Virus record (IMG/VR): IMGVR_UViG_3300031992_000008
Location: 1 to 64,000 of that record
Reading direction: 5' to 3' (one strand)
Source of the DNA: a virus
Lineage: Duplodnaviria > Heunggongvirae > Uroviricota > Caudoviricetes
Length of the DNA: 64,000 nt
Part shown: one piece after another, positions 63,390 to 64,000 of the stretch
How the letters are laid out: every line of letters starts with the position of its first letter
Position numbering within the stretch: position 1 is the stretch's first letter
The notes under the pieces: generated by a model
Databases searched by the model: none
Seen by the model: only the letters and a program-made list of their open reading frames with translations
What the model was told of the DNA's origin: nothing
Program-made: the position numbers and the translations under genes

Positions 63390-64000
63390 CTAAACTAAAA
63401 GAGCCTTAAGCTCAGTGAAGACCTTCTTGTAATTTTCGACCTGCTCCAAGAGATCCTTGACTTCTGCCTTGAGCTTTTTATTGTCATTCTTGATCTTCAA
63501 GAGACCTTCAATGCGCAAATCAAGCTCAGTTTTGGTTTTGTTCAAGGGTGCAAGTTTAGGCTTAGAAGGCTCGTGACGCTTGTAAGCATAGAAGTTGTAA
63601 CCCGTGCTAGGCTGCTTCGGCTGAACAGTAACGTCAGCTTTAACAGTTACGACAGGAGTCTCTTCTTTCTTCACAAGTTTCGCCTTCTTTGCCTCAAGGA
63701 TTTTGCGACCTGTTTCAGTATAGGCATAGTGCTTTTCCCAGAATTGCTTACCGCACACCGATTTGAAGGTGATACGGTTTACATCAGGGTGTTGCTCAAG
63801 CCATTCCTGAATCGACATGTTTTTGGCTTCGATCTCCTTCATGCCCTTCCTGATAGTATCAGAAACAGAGCCGTAAGCAGGACGAGCCTTGACACAGTGG
63901 TTCGGTTTTTCCTTGGGAGCTTCCTTAGGCATTTTTGCAGTAGCGATAACCAGTTCACGTTCATAAGAGGACAAGGTGATCACAGTGGAATTTCTCACAA
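63390..64000 (-). CDS. paralogous HTH-like-repeat / coiled-coil protein, 5'-partial at window edge
   Basis: ORF open to window end; MSIQEWLEQHPDVNRITFKSVCGKQFWEKH resembles the repeats of 61986..63281; terminator 63352-63389 downstream. Confidence 0.5.
   Translation of the reverse strand, partial: VRNSTVITLSSYERELVIATAKMPKEAPKEKPNHCVKARPAYGSVSDTIRKGMKEIEAKNMSIQEWLEQHPDVNRITFKSVCGKQFWEKHYAYTETGRKILEAKKAKLVKKEETPVVTVKADVTVQPKQPSTGYNFYAYKRHEPSKPKLAPLNKTKTELDLRIEGLLKIKNDNKKLKAEVKDLLEQVENYKKVFTELKALLV

Noticed and set aside
1-64000. Alternative genetic code (TAG or TGA reassignment as in some very large gut phages)
   Set aside because: TAG, TGA and TAA all terminate well-supported ORFs directly before downstream SD/ATG signals, for example 2067-2069, 3669-3671 and 9515-9517. 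There are no in-frame stops inside conserved domains.
1-64000. CRISPR arrays, integrase/attachment sites, transposases or IS elements
   Set aside because: No direct-repeat/spacer periodicity. No tyrosine or serine recombinase motifs. No terminal inverted repeats flanking any segment. The region looks like a purely lytic phage core.
1-64000. Search for tubulin PhuZ (GGGTGSG) or a recognisable chimallin next to the RNAP fragment
   Set aside because: No tubulin G-box or T7 loop motif was seen in any ORF. Chimallin cannot be recognised by eye, so absence in this window is not informative. See the finding on 18126..19964.

Overview
This 64 kb window is an AT-rich, densely coded region with almost no non-coding DNA, typical of a large virulent dsDNA phage. 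I read it as a jumbo (phiKZ/AR9-like) phage fragment: it carries a split multisubunit RNA polymerase beta fragment (56312..58204), a terminase large subunit (35678..37648), an HK97-type prohead protease, a gpV-like baseplate spike, a 1422-aa virion protein and a major-capsid-like protein. There are no rRNA or tRNA genes, no CRISPR array and no integrase or transposase. TAG, TAA and TGA all serve as stops (standard code). The left ~17 kb (1..16800) is a block of short 'early' operons. Each begins with a conserved promoter box (GTATATTAtA..AATAGA..CTTAACC, then a Shine-Dalgarno site) and ends in a hairpin plus T-run terminator. Inside this block sits an unusual membrane-remodelling set: a LiaI-like small TM protein and a membrane protein followed by a PspA/IM30 homologue (9374..10955), TM and secreted Cys-rich proteins, a DUF2829/Tad2-like fusion (13862..14428) and a full-length FloT-type flotillin (15152..16747). 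The remainder holds replication, recombination and packaging genes (a family-B DNA polymerase truncated after motif A, RusA, an SF2 helicase, TerL), structural genes, and several minus-strand early genes. These include a paralogous HEXXH/HQXXH pair and two proteins built from about 30-aa HTH-like repeats. A second conserved element (AAATTTTAC .. GAACTTnATAATGAA) precedes structural genes. GC content and third-codon-position GC are sharply bimodal: flotillin, PspA, the capsid-like gene and a few others are much more GC-rich than the early genes, which creates long antisense shadow ORFs. All functional calls come from motif-level reading without database searches. They are hypotheses that need HMM and structure checks.
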